Below, piece after piece: positions 1 to 10,796 of a stretch of DNA of 64,000 nucleotides; position 1 is the stretch's first letter; each line of letters starts with the position of its first letter. The notes under the pieces are model-generated. The model was not told the origin of the DNA and searched no databases. It saw nothing but the letters and a program-made list of their open reading frames with translations. Source of the stretch: Caecitellus pseudoparvulus. Taxonomy: Eukaryota > Protista > Bigyra: Bicosoecida. The stretch spans positions 620,001-684,000 of the forward strand of contig CBFFRQ010000057.1 in assembly GCA_965644315.1 (NCBI GenBank), written 5' to 3'. Position numbers and translations under genes: made by a program.

Positions 1-1
1 C

Positions 2-106
<105 letters not shown>

Positions 107-178
107 AGCCGCCGCAGACGCTGGCCGTGCCCCAATGCATTCCGTGTTCCGGTGCGGGCTTCCCTTGCCACTGAGCTC

Positions 179-3100
179 TCAACCGCGAGCGGGGGGGGTG
201 CTGTGCCCTTGCTGCTCCTGGTCCTGCAGCCCTAAGGAGCCAAGCTCCCCGTCCGGCACCAGCCCCAGCCCCAGCGCACCCCCAAACCCACCGCCACCCT
301 CCATGCGCCCAGGCGAGCCGGCAGCAGCAGCACTGCTGGAGCTGGACTTGTCTGCATGTGGGGGGGGCGTGGCACCCCACAGTCCCTCTGCCAGGGTGCC
401 ACCTGGGGAATAGGCGCCCAGGGAGTCGCCGAAGGAATCCTTCATAGCTGCGCCAGCTGGCCCTGCATCAGTGACGCCCCGGGAGACGCCAGGCACAGGC
501 ATGCCCTGCCCCTGCAGCGCCACCATGGAGCCCTGCAGGCCCGACAGCGGCGACCCGAAGCCCAGCGCTGCAGAGGTTGACAGCGCAGGCTCCCCACTGC
601 TGGCTGGCGTCGCGTAGCTGGCGGAGAAGGTGCCCCAGGGGGCGGCGGAGCTGGCTGCGGCGTCGTCCCCAGGTGAGCTGCCCCACTGCATGGGCGCTGG
701 CACCCCTGCAAACGGCACTGGCGGCTGTGGCTGCTGTGGAAACACGCTAGCGTGTGGCATCATGCCGTGCGTGGGGTGGGCCATGGGGAAGGGCATGCCG
801 TGGGTGGGCATGGGCATGCCTGCCGCTGGGAAGGGCGCGGGCATGCCCATGCCAGGGTATCCCTGCCCCTGCATGGGGAAGGGCATGGGCATGCCAAATG
901 GCCCACCTGCACTGCCGATGATGGTCTCCCCCTCCGGCTCCTCCTCCTCTGCGTCAGCTGAGCCAAGGCGGGAAGTGGCTTGGGGCGTCAACCCCGCCAC
1001 TGGCAGCTGGTCCCCCCGCACAATGCCTGTTGGGCGTGTGTTGCCAGCAATGGCAGCCACACGGCGGGGGCCGTGAGAGCCTGTCGTGCGCCTGCCCGTC
1101 GCCTCCACGTCCACAAGGCGCCTGCCGCTGACGTTGCGTGCGGAAGTGCGGCCTTGAGCTGGGCGGCCGCCCCGGCCCCGCCGTGGACGCCGGGAAGCAG
1201 ACCCTGCATGGGCTTGGGGCGCTTTGCCTCGTGGGGCAGGCTGGACACGGGCCGCCTCCGACTCCTCGCCCGCCTCCTCAGCCTTAGGAGAGACACCCTC
1301 CATGCCAGCTTCCAGCACCGCTGCCTGCTGAGGAGCTGATGGTGGCTGTGCCTCGGGCTGGCCTGGTCCGAAACGCATCACAGTGCGCGTAGAGACCGCC
1401 GCGTCAGTGCCCTGTGCATCTGCCGCACCACCCTCTGTCCCCCCCGATCCGCCTACCTGTGCCTTGGGCTTGACGAAGCCACCAGCCTTGCGGGGGCGCT
1501 TGGGACGCTGCTTCCCTCCAGATCGCTTGGAACCCTTGCGCTGGGCCGCGGCGGCAGCCACCAGGGCAGCAGTGGCCGGGGCTGTCGTGCCGGGCGCAGC
1601 GGGGCTGGAGGGTGCAGCAGGTGGGGGTGCACTGGCGGCGGAGGGTGCCTCTGCACCCTTGGCGCTGTCGTGCTGGGCAGCATCCTCGCCGCCGGATGCC
1701 ACGTAACGGCTGGAGCCCGGCGCGGCGTGCACCTCCACACCAGGCGTGTCGGCCAACACCCGAAGCAAGGCAGCCACCTTGCCGATGCGCTTGGCTGCGG
1801 CCAGCACAGCAGGCACGGCGGGGACGGCGGGGGCGTCCAGGGGCTGGGCCCGCCCCAGGGCCGGCACGAGCCCCTCCAGTCCGCCGAGGAACACCTTGCC
1901 AGGCGCAGAGCCTGGGAGGACCAGGGCATCGTAGCAGCCGGTGAGGGGCAGGAACCCACGCAGGTCTGCCTCCTCAGGCAATGCAACGTCTTCCCATGCC
2001 AAGCCCTCAGCAGGGGGCTGCACCTCGCCCTCAGCGACAGGGCCCAGCATTGCCACGCCCGTAGAGCTGACGGCTGGAGGCGACACGCCTGCCAGGCGGG
2101 TCAGCATGTCCAGCGCCGTCGGCCCCAGGGTTGCTCCCGCCAGCAGCGGCCGCGCCAGCACCAGGAGCTTGTTCCCCAGGTGCACAGCGGAAGCCAGCAC
2201 GCTGCGCCGTGCACGAGCCAGCAGCTCATCTGGCTGCAGTTCCCTCGATTCAGATGGCCCAGGTGCTGCCCCCTTCTTGCCCTTGCCCCTCTTGCCCTTG
2301 CCCTTGCCCTTGCCCTTTGAGGCAGCGGCCTTTGCGGGGGGGCTTGTGGCACCCACACAGGCGTCTGGGTGAGTCCTCAGCCAGTCACACAGCACGCCGA
2401 TGGTGTCCAGCAGAGGGTACGTGTGCTGCTGCACAGCGGTGAGGGCGCTGGCGGCAGCTGCGTGTGCGGCAGCCACCGCCTCGTCCCCAGTCGCCCGAGC
2501 CAGCGTGCGCAGTGCTTTCTGGGCTCCGGCCAAGGGCTTGCCTGCCTCCTTCATCAGGGATCCCAGCAGTGTCAGGACTGCCAGCTGGCTGTAGCTCAAC
2601 ATCGCAGCTTTGCGCTGGGGATTCACAGTGGCGCCCATGACAGCGCGGGCGCCGCCCGCCTCGACGGAGTGCTCGCAAAACAGGGCCAAGCCCGCCATGG
2701 GTAGGAGGACACTGCTGGGGGGCATAGGCATGCCCTTGTGGCGGATGAGGCGGCAGACATCCTCAACCGCATCCCGCAGCAGTCCCGGGATGCGCTCCGT
2801 GGAGCTGGACGTCCACAGCATGCCGCTCAGGCGCACCCACGACAACAGCGTCCACCCCCGCAGCGCCCGCTGGCAGCGCAGGGCTTCTTGCATGGCTGCC
2901 TGCGCCTCGGTGTCTGCACCGGGCGCAACACTTGGCACGTCCAAGGTGCTGCTGCCCCACGAACGCATTGCCTTGATTTGCGGCGAACCAGCCAGGCCAG
3001 CCACCTGCTGCCGGTTGCGCTCCAGCACCTGCATCAAGTTGTCCCGCGCTGTGGGAAAGGGAGTCGCACTGGCCAGGCTCCGGGCGTACCGGTACACGGC

Positions 3101-3891
3101 TGTCAAGTCATCCTTGGCTGACAAGCACAGCACGGCAAGCTGGTTGTGGGGGTTGCCCCACCTGGGGGACAGCTGGGCAGCCACCTGGTAAAAAGAAGCG
3201 GCCTGGGCCACGATGCGGTGGCTTGCTGCCGCGTCCGAGCCTGAGTCCCGGTACCGCGTCAAGTCTCCGAGGTATAGGAAGCACTGCGCCAGGGTGGAGC
3301 ATTGAGAGGTGGTGGGGCCGCCAGCAGCTTCAGCAGCTGCCCGGATGCCCACGATGAGCTGCATGTACAGCTGTGTTGCTGCGTTGATCTCGCTTTCCAG
3401 TGCTTCCAAAGCTGCAGCCTTGGGCGTGGAGCCACCCTGCGCACCGGGAAGCAGGGCCAGTGCAGCTCGGGAACACACAGCACGCAGTGAGCGTGGCACG
3501 TACAGCTGCAGCACGCTTGCGCAAGGAGGAAATGGGCCCATACACGTAAGCTTTCCAAAGCTTCTGCTCGGCCCGGTTTGCCTTGGCCAGAGCCGGGGCT
3601 TCCTTGATCAGCTGGACCAAGTTGGCACGGACGCTGTGTGGCGGAGGGGCTGGTGTGCTTTGAGCGCGGTGGGCCGCCCGCTGCGCCGGCAGCACTCACG
3701 CGTCTCGGAGCTGGCCAGTCTTGGTTGAATCGGAATGAGCGCTCTCATGCAGGTGCTTGCGCAGAGCTGCTTCCGAGCTCTCAATGTCGCTGCAACAGGA
3801 GCAGTGCGCCGCGTGCAGTGCGGAAATCGATGCCCTGCCCCAAGCAAGCTTGCCACAGTGCCAAGGAAACCCACCTCAAGATGTGTGACAT
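179..3891 (-). CDS. SMG7/SMG5/EST1-family nonsense-mediated decay factor (14-3-3-like TPR domain plus long low-complexity tail)
   Basis: Spliced model: exons 3891-3875, 3789-3700, 3633-3504, 3436-179 (GT-AG introns of 85, 66 and 67 nt, phases consistent). Contains EQKLWK, FLYLGDLTRY, PRWGNPHNQLAVL, AVYRYARSLASATPFPTARDNL and LPEEADLRGFLPL, typical of EST1/SMG7. No C-terminal PIN domain seen. Confidence 0.88.
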
Positions 3892-4254
3892 GTCAACTCA
3901 ACATTGTGCAGTGGGGGCTACCCGTCAGTTGCTTGGCGTGCGAAGTGCGACTCGCAAGAGTGGCGCACAGTCGATGAGCCACTGTCAGTGGCCTCGTGCA
4001 AACAGCGGTGAGACCGCTGCGGTAACGGGGAAAGAAACTGCAGAGTGGAAGCAAGCCAGAAAAGCTGCAGGTGGTGAGGAGTGCGTATGGAAAATGATGT
4101 GGCTGGCTTCCCGGTTTGCTGCGGACGTCACCGAGAGCAGCAGGCGCAGCACATGAATTTCCCCTTCATTCCAACACCGGTAGAGGCTTGCAGGCCACAG
4201 CCAACATACCATGCCCCAGCGCAGACACTCTGAACGGAGCAGCTCTCACTAACG

Positions 4255-6420
4255 TCAAGCCATGCTCGGATCGTGTGGCCCAGAGAGCAGCTGCTGGGTG
4301 GGGGGTGGGGCAGTGAACCAGCCGCCCAGTGTCTGAAGGGCGTCAAATGCCGTGGTGGAGTGCAGAACACCAAGACCACGCCCCGAGCCCTCCTCGTGGC
4401 AATTAAGCAGCACAGGTACAGGAGGTGTCGCTGTCATGATGGGGAGCAGGGCAAGGGCAGCATTCAGGGACACTTGGGCAGAGTGCACCGCCACCTGCAC
4501 GGGGGCCAGCAGGCAGTTCAGTACGAAGGTCAGGATGCCGCCCCCGGGATAGGCGAGCAGAGCAGGGGGGGGCTGAGGCCATGCTTGCACTGGCTGCAAT
4601 GCAGCCGAAGCAACACCCGCATGCCACACCTCGCAGCGGCCGTCTTGAGTCCAGGACTGACTCACCGCGAACAGAGCCAGAAGGTTGCCACGCCACACAA
4701 CGGTGGTGGCTGCAGCGCCGACATCAGGCCACACCTTCGCGGGGTGCGCCCAGGCGCCAGCATGGTTCATGCGCTGCTCGCTACTGACGCCCATGACCGG
4801 TGCCAGCCGCACCCCCCCAGACACACCCAGCCAATAGGATGCTGAGCACACCACGGCAGTCGCCAGTGCGACAGTGACACAGGCGGCCCCGGCAAGGCAT
4901 GCAGTGTTCCGGATCAGGTGGGCTTCCCTCAGCCGTTGGCCTTTGGCCGTGTGTGCCTCCTCGTCATCTGAATCCCACTCCTCCCCCCCTGCCAACACCT
5001 CTCGGCGCAGAGCCAGGCGGGAGCCAGGCTGCCTGCCCAGGATGCGGTGGAACACATCCACCACGTCCAAGTACGGGACCAAGGCTAAAAGGGTTGTGGG
5101 GAGGAGGTGGTTCACGAGGCGGGTCCACACCCGGCGCGTGTGTGGCCCCGCCACGCAGCGCTGCACACAAACAGGAGGCAGCAGCGCCACCCGCACCACC
5201 CCCCCCGCAGCAGATGTGACGCAGGAGATGATGTCACAGGAACAGGGCAGGCAGGCTTTGCGCGGCCCGCTGCGCTGGGCATGCTGGGGGATCGCGCGGG
5301 CCCCGTCCTCACGGTCCGCCGCCGCTGGCCCCGGCGTGGGAGCAGGTCTAGGTGCGGCGGCTGCAGTTGGGGCTGGTGAGGGGCGGGTGCTGCTCGTGGC
5401 CGCTGGTGCCTGCGAAGCGCCTTGGCCTGCTCCGCTCATGGTTGGAGGGGGCGTCTGTGGGCTCTCCTCTCCGCGCTGCGGGCCTTGCGAACGGATGCGC
5501 CGCCGCACAGTGGTCGCCGGCACATCGGAGGTGCCGACTGCAGCTGGGCCCTCTGACACGTCGTCATGCCCAGCCTGGCCCCCTGGATCCTCTGCTCCTG
5601 TGGGTGGTGCCTCTGAAGAGGGCGAGGGTGGTACGGGCACGCCCAGGCGAGCTGCCAAGCACAGGCGGCAGCATCGTAGCAAGTGCGTCACCTGGGTGAG
5701 CAGCGCCAAGAAGCCCTGCAGGCCTGCCACAACGCAGCGCGTGACAGCTGCAACCCACGCCGTGTACCCTCGCAAGGCCAGAAGAGTGATGACGTGCCCT
5801 ACTCTGCTGTGCCCAATGCACTCCCCCACGCAAATGGCAATGCAGGCGACCAGCCCCAGCACAACGACCACAACTGAAGCCACCTTGCCGGCCATAGCAG
5901 CCACCAGGTCAGCCCGCTTCTCGCACACGAAGCTGTGCGCATGTTCGCAAGGCTCGGAGTCCAGGAAGCCCTTGCCTTGCTGGGATGGTGAGAGCAAGGC
6001 ACACTGGCCTGGCGTGGGAGTGCCTCGCCACATGTCGTCCAGCACCACTGGGTGCATGGCGGAGCCGTTTTCGAAGCGAAAGATGCCTCCACCATCCTCA
6101 TCCTTCAGTCCGACCCAACATGAGCGCCTGTCACACATTTGGGCTGCAATGACATGCGCATGCAGCGAAGAGTGCGGGTGCAGCAGGCGCCCTCCCAAGG
6201 CGTGGCAAGTCGTCGCGGCGACTGGCCAGGGCTGGCCTCTGGAGTGCACCGCGTGGTAGCACATGGGGCCGATGCGCCGCCAAATGTGGGGAGGGGAACA
6301 AGCTGCATGTTGCGCTCCCGACGAGTAGTGGTGCCGAGGCTTGCCCTGCACTGCACGGCCCCAACACAACACCAACACAGCTGCTACAGCTTGTAGCCTG
6401 GACCAGACAGGCATGGCCAT
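4255..6420 (-). CDS. Membrane protein with signal peptide and N-terminal C-type lectin-like domain
   Basis: Start at MAMPVWSR with a hydrophobic leader. CTLD pattern C..W..IGPMCY....W..A...C...GGRL...CWVGL...C.LL...C....FVCE, followed by hydrophobic helices and a Pro/Ala-rich linker. Start codon and possible introns uncertain. Confidence 0.7.
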   Translation of the reverse strand: MAMPVWSRLQAVAAVLVLCWGRAVQGKPRHHYSSGAQHAACSPPHIWRRIGPMCYHAVHSRGQPWPVAATTCHALGGRLLHPHSSLHAHVIAAQMCDRRSCWVGLKDEDGGGIFRFENGSAMHPVVLDDMWRGTPTPGQCALLSPSQQGKGFLDSEPCEHAHSFVCEKRADLVAAMAGKVASVVVVVLGLVACIAICVGECIGHSRVGHVITLLALRGYTAWVAAVTRCVVAGLQGFLALLTQVTHLLRCCRLCLAARLGVPVPPSPSSEAPPTGAEDPGGQAGHDDVSEGPAAVGTSDVPATTVRRRIRSQGPQRGEESPQTPPPTMSGAGQGASQAPAATSSTRPSPAPTAAAAPRPAPTPGPAAADREDGARAIPQHAQRSGPRKACLPCSCDIISCVTSAAGGVVRVALLPPVCVQRCVAGPHTRRVWTRLVNHLLPTTLLALVPYLDVVDVFHRILGRQPGSRLALRREVLAGGEEWDSDDEEAHTAKGQRLREAHLIRNTACLAGAACVTVALATAVVCSASYWLGVSGGVRLAPVMGVSSEQRMNHAGAWAHPAKVWPDVGAAATTVVWRGNLLALFAVSQSWTQDGRCEVWHAGVASAALQPVQAWPQPPPALLAYPGGGILTFVLNCLLAPVQVAVHSAQVSLNAALALLPIMTATPPVPVLLNCHEEGSGRGLGVLHSTTAFDALQTLGGWFTAPPPTQQLLSGPHDPSMA

Positions 6421-6802
6421 CGCTGATCCACTGCGCCCTCTCAGGCATGTGAAACCCATGAAGGCCTCAGGGGTGGGGCACCTCGCAGCTCCACCCCTTG
6501 CCTCGCTTCGATGCCCTCCAGGGACCCAGCGAAGTGCTACGCTGCAAAGGCCGCGTGCTAGACGTGGCAGGCCAGCGGCGCGCTCACTATTCAAGGCAAC
6601 GCATGGAAGCCCATCTGATGGCACTACTTGTGGTGATGTGTCGTAGTGGTTGGCTGTGGACTTTGCGTGCGCGCTGGACGCAGCGCCAGTGCAGCCCCCT
6701 TGCTCCCCGCCGAAGGGAGTTGCGGTCTTTGACCCTGCGGGAGCTGCTCAACCTTCCCGGCGAGCCTGGCAGCTGGCGGCAGCGCCGAGACCGTGTGGAA
6801 GC

Positions 6803-7849
6803 ATGGCCACCATCAATGTTCGCACTTCGACAGGGCAGCGCTGCAGTGTTGAGGTGGCTGACCTGCGCAGCAGCGTGCTGTCCCTCAAGCAGCAGGTGCG
6901 TGGCGTCGCGTGCCAGGAAACGCCAGGCCTCCGCCGTGCCACGCCTGTCCATGCACTTGCGCAGCTGGCGCTGGGCCCCTTGCGAGACACTTGCATAGGG
7001 AAGACCCTGCGGCTGATTTTCATGGGGAAGGTCCTGGATGACACTGCGTCCTTGGAGAGCGCCGGGGTTTCGGACGCCGCAGTGATGCATGCAGTGGCTT
7101 CCACGCCTCCTCCAGGCACGCTGCCGATCTTGGACGCCCACGGGCGCCTTGCTGCGCCACAGCCTGCCACGGCGGCATTTGCAAGTGGCGCGGCCCCAGG
7201 CACTGAAGCCCAGCAAGGTGACGTGGAGGAGGGCCGGCCGGCGCTTGCCGACAGCGGCTTCGGGCGCCTTCGAGCGCTTGGCATGACAGACGAAGGGATC
7301 GGCGTCCTGCGGGCAAACTACTACGGCGGCGTGCAGGAAGTGGCGCAGAGCCTGCCTCGACAGGAGGGCGAGAGTGACGAGGCCCACCTCGCGAGGGCGG
7401 AGACAGAGTGGATGCGGCGGCAAGGCCCCCTGTCGGAGTTCGCCGCAAACCTGCGCCCTCTGCTTGCTCAGGCAGCAGGCGTCGGAGCCGACGGGCAGGG
7501 CGGCAACGAAGACATCTTGCGGCGCCTGGCTGGTCGGCGTGGTGGGGGGGACGACGAAGGTGGGGACGGCGAGGGCCGGCGCGTTGGCACCGTGTCCGAC
7601 TTCCTCTGCGGCTTCGTCGTGGGGTACTTTGCCGGCTTCTTGGCCCTCTGCTGCATTTTCTCCAACTCTGTCTCCCAGCGCGCAGCCAACGGCATCCGCC
7701 TGGGTTTCATAGCAAACCTGCTCAGCCAGCTACTGCTGCCAGACATCACCTCCCCCAAACAGAGCGAGCCAGGCGTGGCAGCGCCGGGCTTCGGCTACCC
7801 CACGCTGCGGGGCGGCAGTGGCAGCGAACTGGTCATTGATGGCACGTAG
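6803..7849 (+). CDS. Dsc3-like (DUF2407-type) ubiquitin-like-domain membrane protein
   Basis: N-terminal UBL (LRLIFMGKVLDD...L...GV....MH), a GFGRLRALGM..EGI..LR motif and a C-terminal hydrophobic hairpin (DFLCGFVVGYFAGFL...GIRLGFIANLL). Probable in-frame intron at 6896-6964. Confidence 0.7.
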   Translation: MATINVRTSTGQRCSVEVADLRSSVLSLKQQVRGVACQETPGLRRATPVHALAQLALGPLRDTCIGKTLRLIFMGKVLDDTASLESAGVSDAAVMHAVASTPPPGTLPILDAHGRLAAPQPATAAFASGAAPGTEAQQGDVEEGRPALADSGFGRLRALGMTDEGIGVLRANYYGGVQEVAQSLPRQEGESDEAHLARAETEWMRRQGPLSEFAANLRPLLAQAAGVGADGQGGNEDILRRLAGRRGGGDDEGGDGEGRRVGTVSDFLCGFVVGYFAGFLALCCIFSNSVSQRAANGIRLGFIANLLSQLLLPDITSPKQSEPGVAAPGFGYPTLRGGSGSELVIDGT

Positions 7850-7916
7850 CCACCTTCCCTAGCTGCCCCGTACATGTCGCTTCTAAATGCACCTCGTCGT
7901 GTCCCGGCGTGCCGGG

Positions 7917-9377
7917 CTAGTACATGGGCAGGCTAGCGTGGCGGGCCATGGCGGTCAGGCCACCCTTCACATTCACAGCATCCACTCCCGCGGCAGCCAG
8001 CAGGTGGGTGGCGGTGGCACTGTCCACACCCCGTCGACACAGCACGTGCACACGCCGGCCGCGGGCCCACTCCACCACACCCGCAACTGCCGCAGAGTCC
8101 CACTCCAGCTCTCGCAGGGGGGTGCACCGCACGTCACAAGCTTGAGACTCACGCAGGCCCACCAAGGACGCCTGCTCGGGAGATCTCACGTCCAGCACGG
8201 CCATGGGCTGGGCCGTCCCAGCAGGAGCATCCCCCCCTTCACTGCTGGCAGCACGGTTCAGCGACTCCACAAATGCCGCTGAGGGCAGGTGGGAGATGCC
8301 GTCCTGGCAACTGGCAGCAGCCGATGGCGCTCCCTCCACAGCAGACACACCGCACGCCTGCAGAGCCACGCCACTGTCCTCCAAGCTGCGAATGCCGGGC
8401 GCCTCGCCGCACACGGCACACTCGGGTCGGCGGCCCCGCAGCTTCACGACGCGGACTCGCATGTCCTCGCCATCAAGCACCAGCAGTCGGCCGGACATGG
8501 GCTTTCCAATGCCGGTGATGACTTTGATGGCCTCCAGGGCCTGCAGGCAGCCGATAGCTGCTGGCACGGCGCCGACGACGCCATTGTCGGCACACGAGTT
8601 CACCGTGCCCAGCGGAGGGGGGGTCGGATACAGACACCTGTAGCAGGGTCCCCCTGCACAGTTGTACACGGACAGCTGCCCGTTGTGCCCGAGGGCTGCG
8701 CCACTGACCAGGGGCACGCCAGCCAGCACTGCCGCGTCGGATGTGAGGTACCGGGTGGCAGGGTTGTCGCTGGCATCCACGAGGAGGCTAGCTCCGTCGA
8801 GGAGGCGCGCCCCACTTGTCGCAGTGAAACGCTCCACAATGGGACAGAGCGTCACGGCCGGGTTCAGGGCACCTGCAGCAGAGGCCAGGGACACTGCCTT
8901 GGCCATGCCAGCTCGCGGTGTGCTGTGGCCGATTTGGCGGTGCAGATTCGACACCTCCACAGCATCGTCATCTACAATGGTAATGTGCCCTACGCCTGCA
9001 GCGGCCAGGAGGAGCACAATTGGGCAGCCTAGCCCCCCCGCCCCCACAACCACCACTCGTGCTGCTTGCAACGCAGCCTGGGCCGCAGCCCCGAAGCCAG
9101 GAACTATCATTTGGCGGCTGTACCTGGCCAGCAACGGCGCACTCATGCACGCCTGGGCCCAGGGCACACACTCAGACTCGGTCTCCTTTGAATCCCCACT
9201 TGAACTTGCGTGAAATTCAGCACCAGGGCTGTGGGCGAGCGGTTCTTCAGCTGTGCTGGGTGGTGCGGAAATTGTTGCCCCCTCCAACTTGGCCACAGTT
9301 TTGCGCAGCTCATCGACCTCCGCACGCAGCCGAGCATTTTCATATTCTAACTGCTCAATTCTTGACGTCCCATCCAT
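7917..9377 (-). CDS. MOCS3: Adenylyltransferase/sulfurtransferase MOCS3/UBA4 (ThiF/MoeB plus rhodanese)
   Basis: RYSRQM, VVGAGGLGCP, SNLHRQ, PCYRCLYP, SCADNGV and CAVC, plus rhodanese LDVR...VLCRRGVDS...NVKGGL. Confidence 0.95.
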   Translation of the reverse strand: MDGTSRIEQLEYENARLRAEVDELRKTVAKLEGATISAPPSTAEEPLAHSPGAEFHASSSGDSKETESECVPWAQACMSAPLLARYSRQMIVPGFGAAAQAALQAARVVVVGAGGLGCPIVLLLAAAGVGHITIVDDDAVEVSNLHRQIGHSTPRAGMAKAVSLASAAGALNPAVTLCPIVERFTATSGARLLDGASLLVDASDNPATRYLTSDAAVLAGVPLVSGAALGHNGQLSVYNCAGGPCYRCLYPTPPPLGTVNSCADNGVVGAVPAAIGCLQALEAIKVITGIGKPMSGRLLVLDGEDMRVRVVKLRGRRPECAVCGEAPGIRSLEDSGVALQACGVSAVEGAPSAAASCQDGISHLPSAAFVESLNRAASSEGGDAPAGTAQPMAVLDVRSPEQASLVGLRESQACDVRCTPLRELEWDSAAVAGVVEWARGRRVHVLCRRGVDSATATHLLAAAGVDAVNVKGGLTAMARHASLPMY

Positions 9378-9594
9378 GGCTCCAGCGCCTGAATGCTCGC
9401 CTCAGCCGTCCCCGTGTACTGCTTCGGTGTGGCGGTGGAAGCCCTCGCTCGCGGCAATGGATTCAGCCCAACGTGCAGGAGAGAGTGCCAAGAGGCCCTC
9501 GATCAAGCTGCAAACGGCCAGAGCTATGATGCAGTTTCGGAGGAAATGATGTTTGCGGCCAGCACAGCAGCGCCGGAGCCTGCCGTGCCACGCC

Positions 9595-10566
9595 TCAACG
9601 CGCCACCTGCTCCCCCTCCAACAAGGACGTCGTGAACATGTCCGTGGCGTAAGGCAAGATAAAACGCACACTATCCTCCCCTGCAACAACCTTGCCGTGT
9701 TCTTCGCACTTCAGCGCCGCGATGCTGCCAGGCGCCGTGTGCCAGCCCTGCCCGAGCTGGGGCACGCCCACTGCCTGCCCTTCCGCAAGGCAGCGGAGGA
9801 CCACGTCCACATGGCCTTGCAGCCAAGCATGGGCCTGCTGCTCAGCAGCTGTGTGTGCAGTGCCCTGCAGGCGAGCCAGGACCGACACAGACATGACACG
9901 GTCCAGGACCTGCTGCTTGGTGCTGACGTGCTGCCACAGGTGCTGGTCGTGGCGCAGAGGGCGGAAGGGGCCCCGCGCGAAGGCCTCCTTCCACTGGCCG
10001 CTCTGCTGCCGCGGGACGGAAGGAGGGTAGTATGGCCCCACGAACTCCTCGGTGGCCGGGGTGGTGCTCCAGATCAGCCCCAGCTGGCCGCTGGTGCCCA
10101 GCACCCGTTGGAACTCCGCCAGCACGTGCTCGTGTGCGAACCAGTGGAAGGACTGCGCGCACACGACAGCGTCTGCACTACCACTTGGGACAGCTGGCAT
10201 GCTGTCTGCTGCTTCCTTCACCCACGTCACGCGCTGCAGGCGCAGAAGGCTCTCCCCCATGCCAGCTGGCTCCACTGCAGTGACACGAACATCGGGGCGC
10301 ACTGTGACGAGTTGCCTCGTGAAGGTCCCAGGCCCAGCACCCACTTCAACAACATGTGCACCTTGTGGAAGTCCAAGGCGGTCCACGAACGCCTCCACAG
10401 CGTCCACGGGATACGCGGGGCGGCCGGCAGCATCTGTGCGACGACGGGGTACGAGCGATGGGTCTGTGTCCCCGCGAAATACGCTCGCCAACTGCGCCAG
10501 GCATGGGCTCCGCACATCTTTCAATGGCATTGGTGTCGAACCCTTCCAATGCTTCTGTGTGCACAA
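9595..10566 (-). CDS. Class I SAM-dependent methyltransferase (Methyltransf_11-like)
   Basis: RPAYP..AV, VVEVGAGPGTFT (motif I), AVEP, DAVVCAQSFHWF and RVL...GQLGLIW. True start uncertain; it may be the downstream M at about 10530. Confidence 0.85.
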   Translation of the reverse strand: MCTQKHWKGSTPMPLKDVRSPCLAQLASVFRGDTDPSLVPRRRTDAAGRPAYPVDAVEAFVDRLGLPQGAHVVEVGAGPGTFTRQLVTVRPDVRVTAVEPAGMGESLLRLQRVTWVKEAADSMPAVPSGSADAVVCAQSFHWFAHEHVLAEFQRVLGTSGQLGLIWSTTPATEEFVGPYYPPSVPRQQSGQWKEAFARGPFRPLRHDQHLWQHVSTKQQVLDRVMSVSVLARLQGTAHTAAEQQAHAWLQGHVDVVLRCLAEGQAVGVPQLGQGWHTAPGSIAALKCEEHGKVVAGEDSVRFILPYATDMFTTSLLEGEQVAR

Positions 10567-10796
10567 AACAGGCTGGCCTCCTTCGTGCTTTGCAACAGCG
10601 GCGCAGCGCTGCGGAAATCACTTCCCGCCGGCCCAGCATTGTGCTCGTCCAGTTGCCAAACGAAGGCTCGCAAGACCAGGCGCGGGTCGCAACCAGGGAG
10701 CTGCATCAGCACCGCATACTGTGGCACGCTGCCTTGACTTCGCAGGTGGTGTGTTTGAATTCTCCCACTTCGCCAGGTGCCCAGGCACACTCAGCG

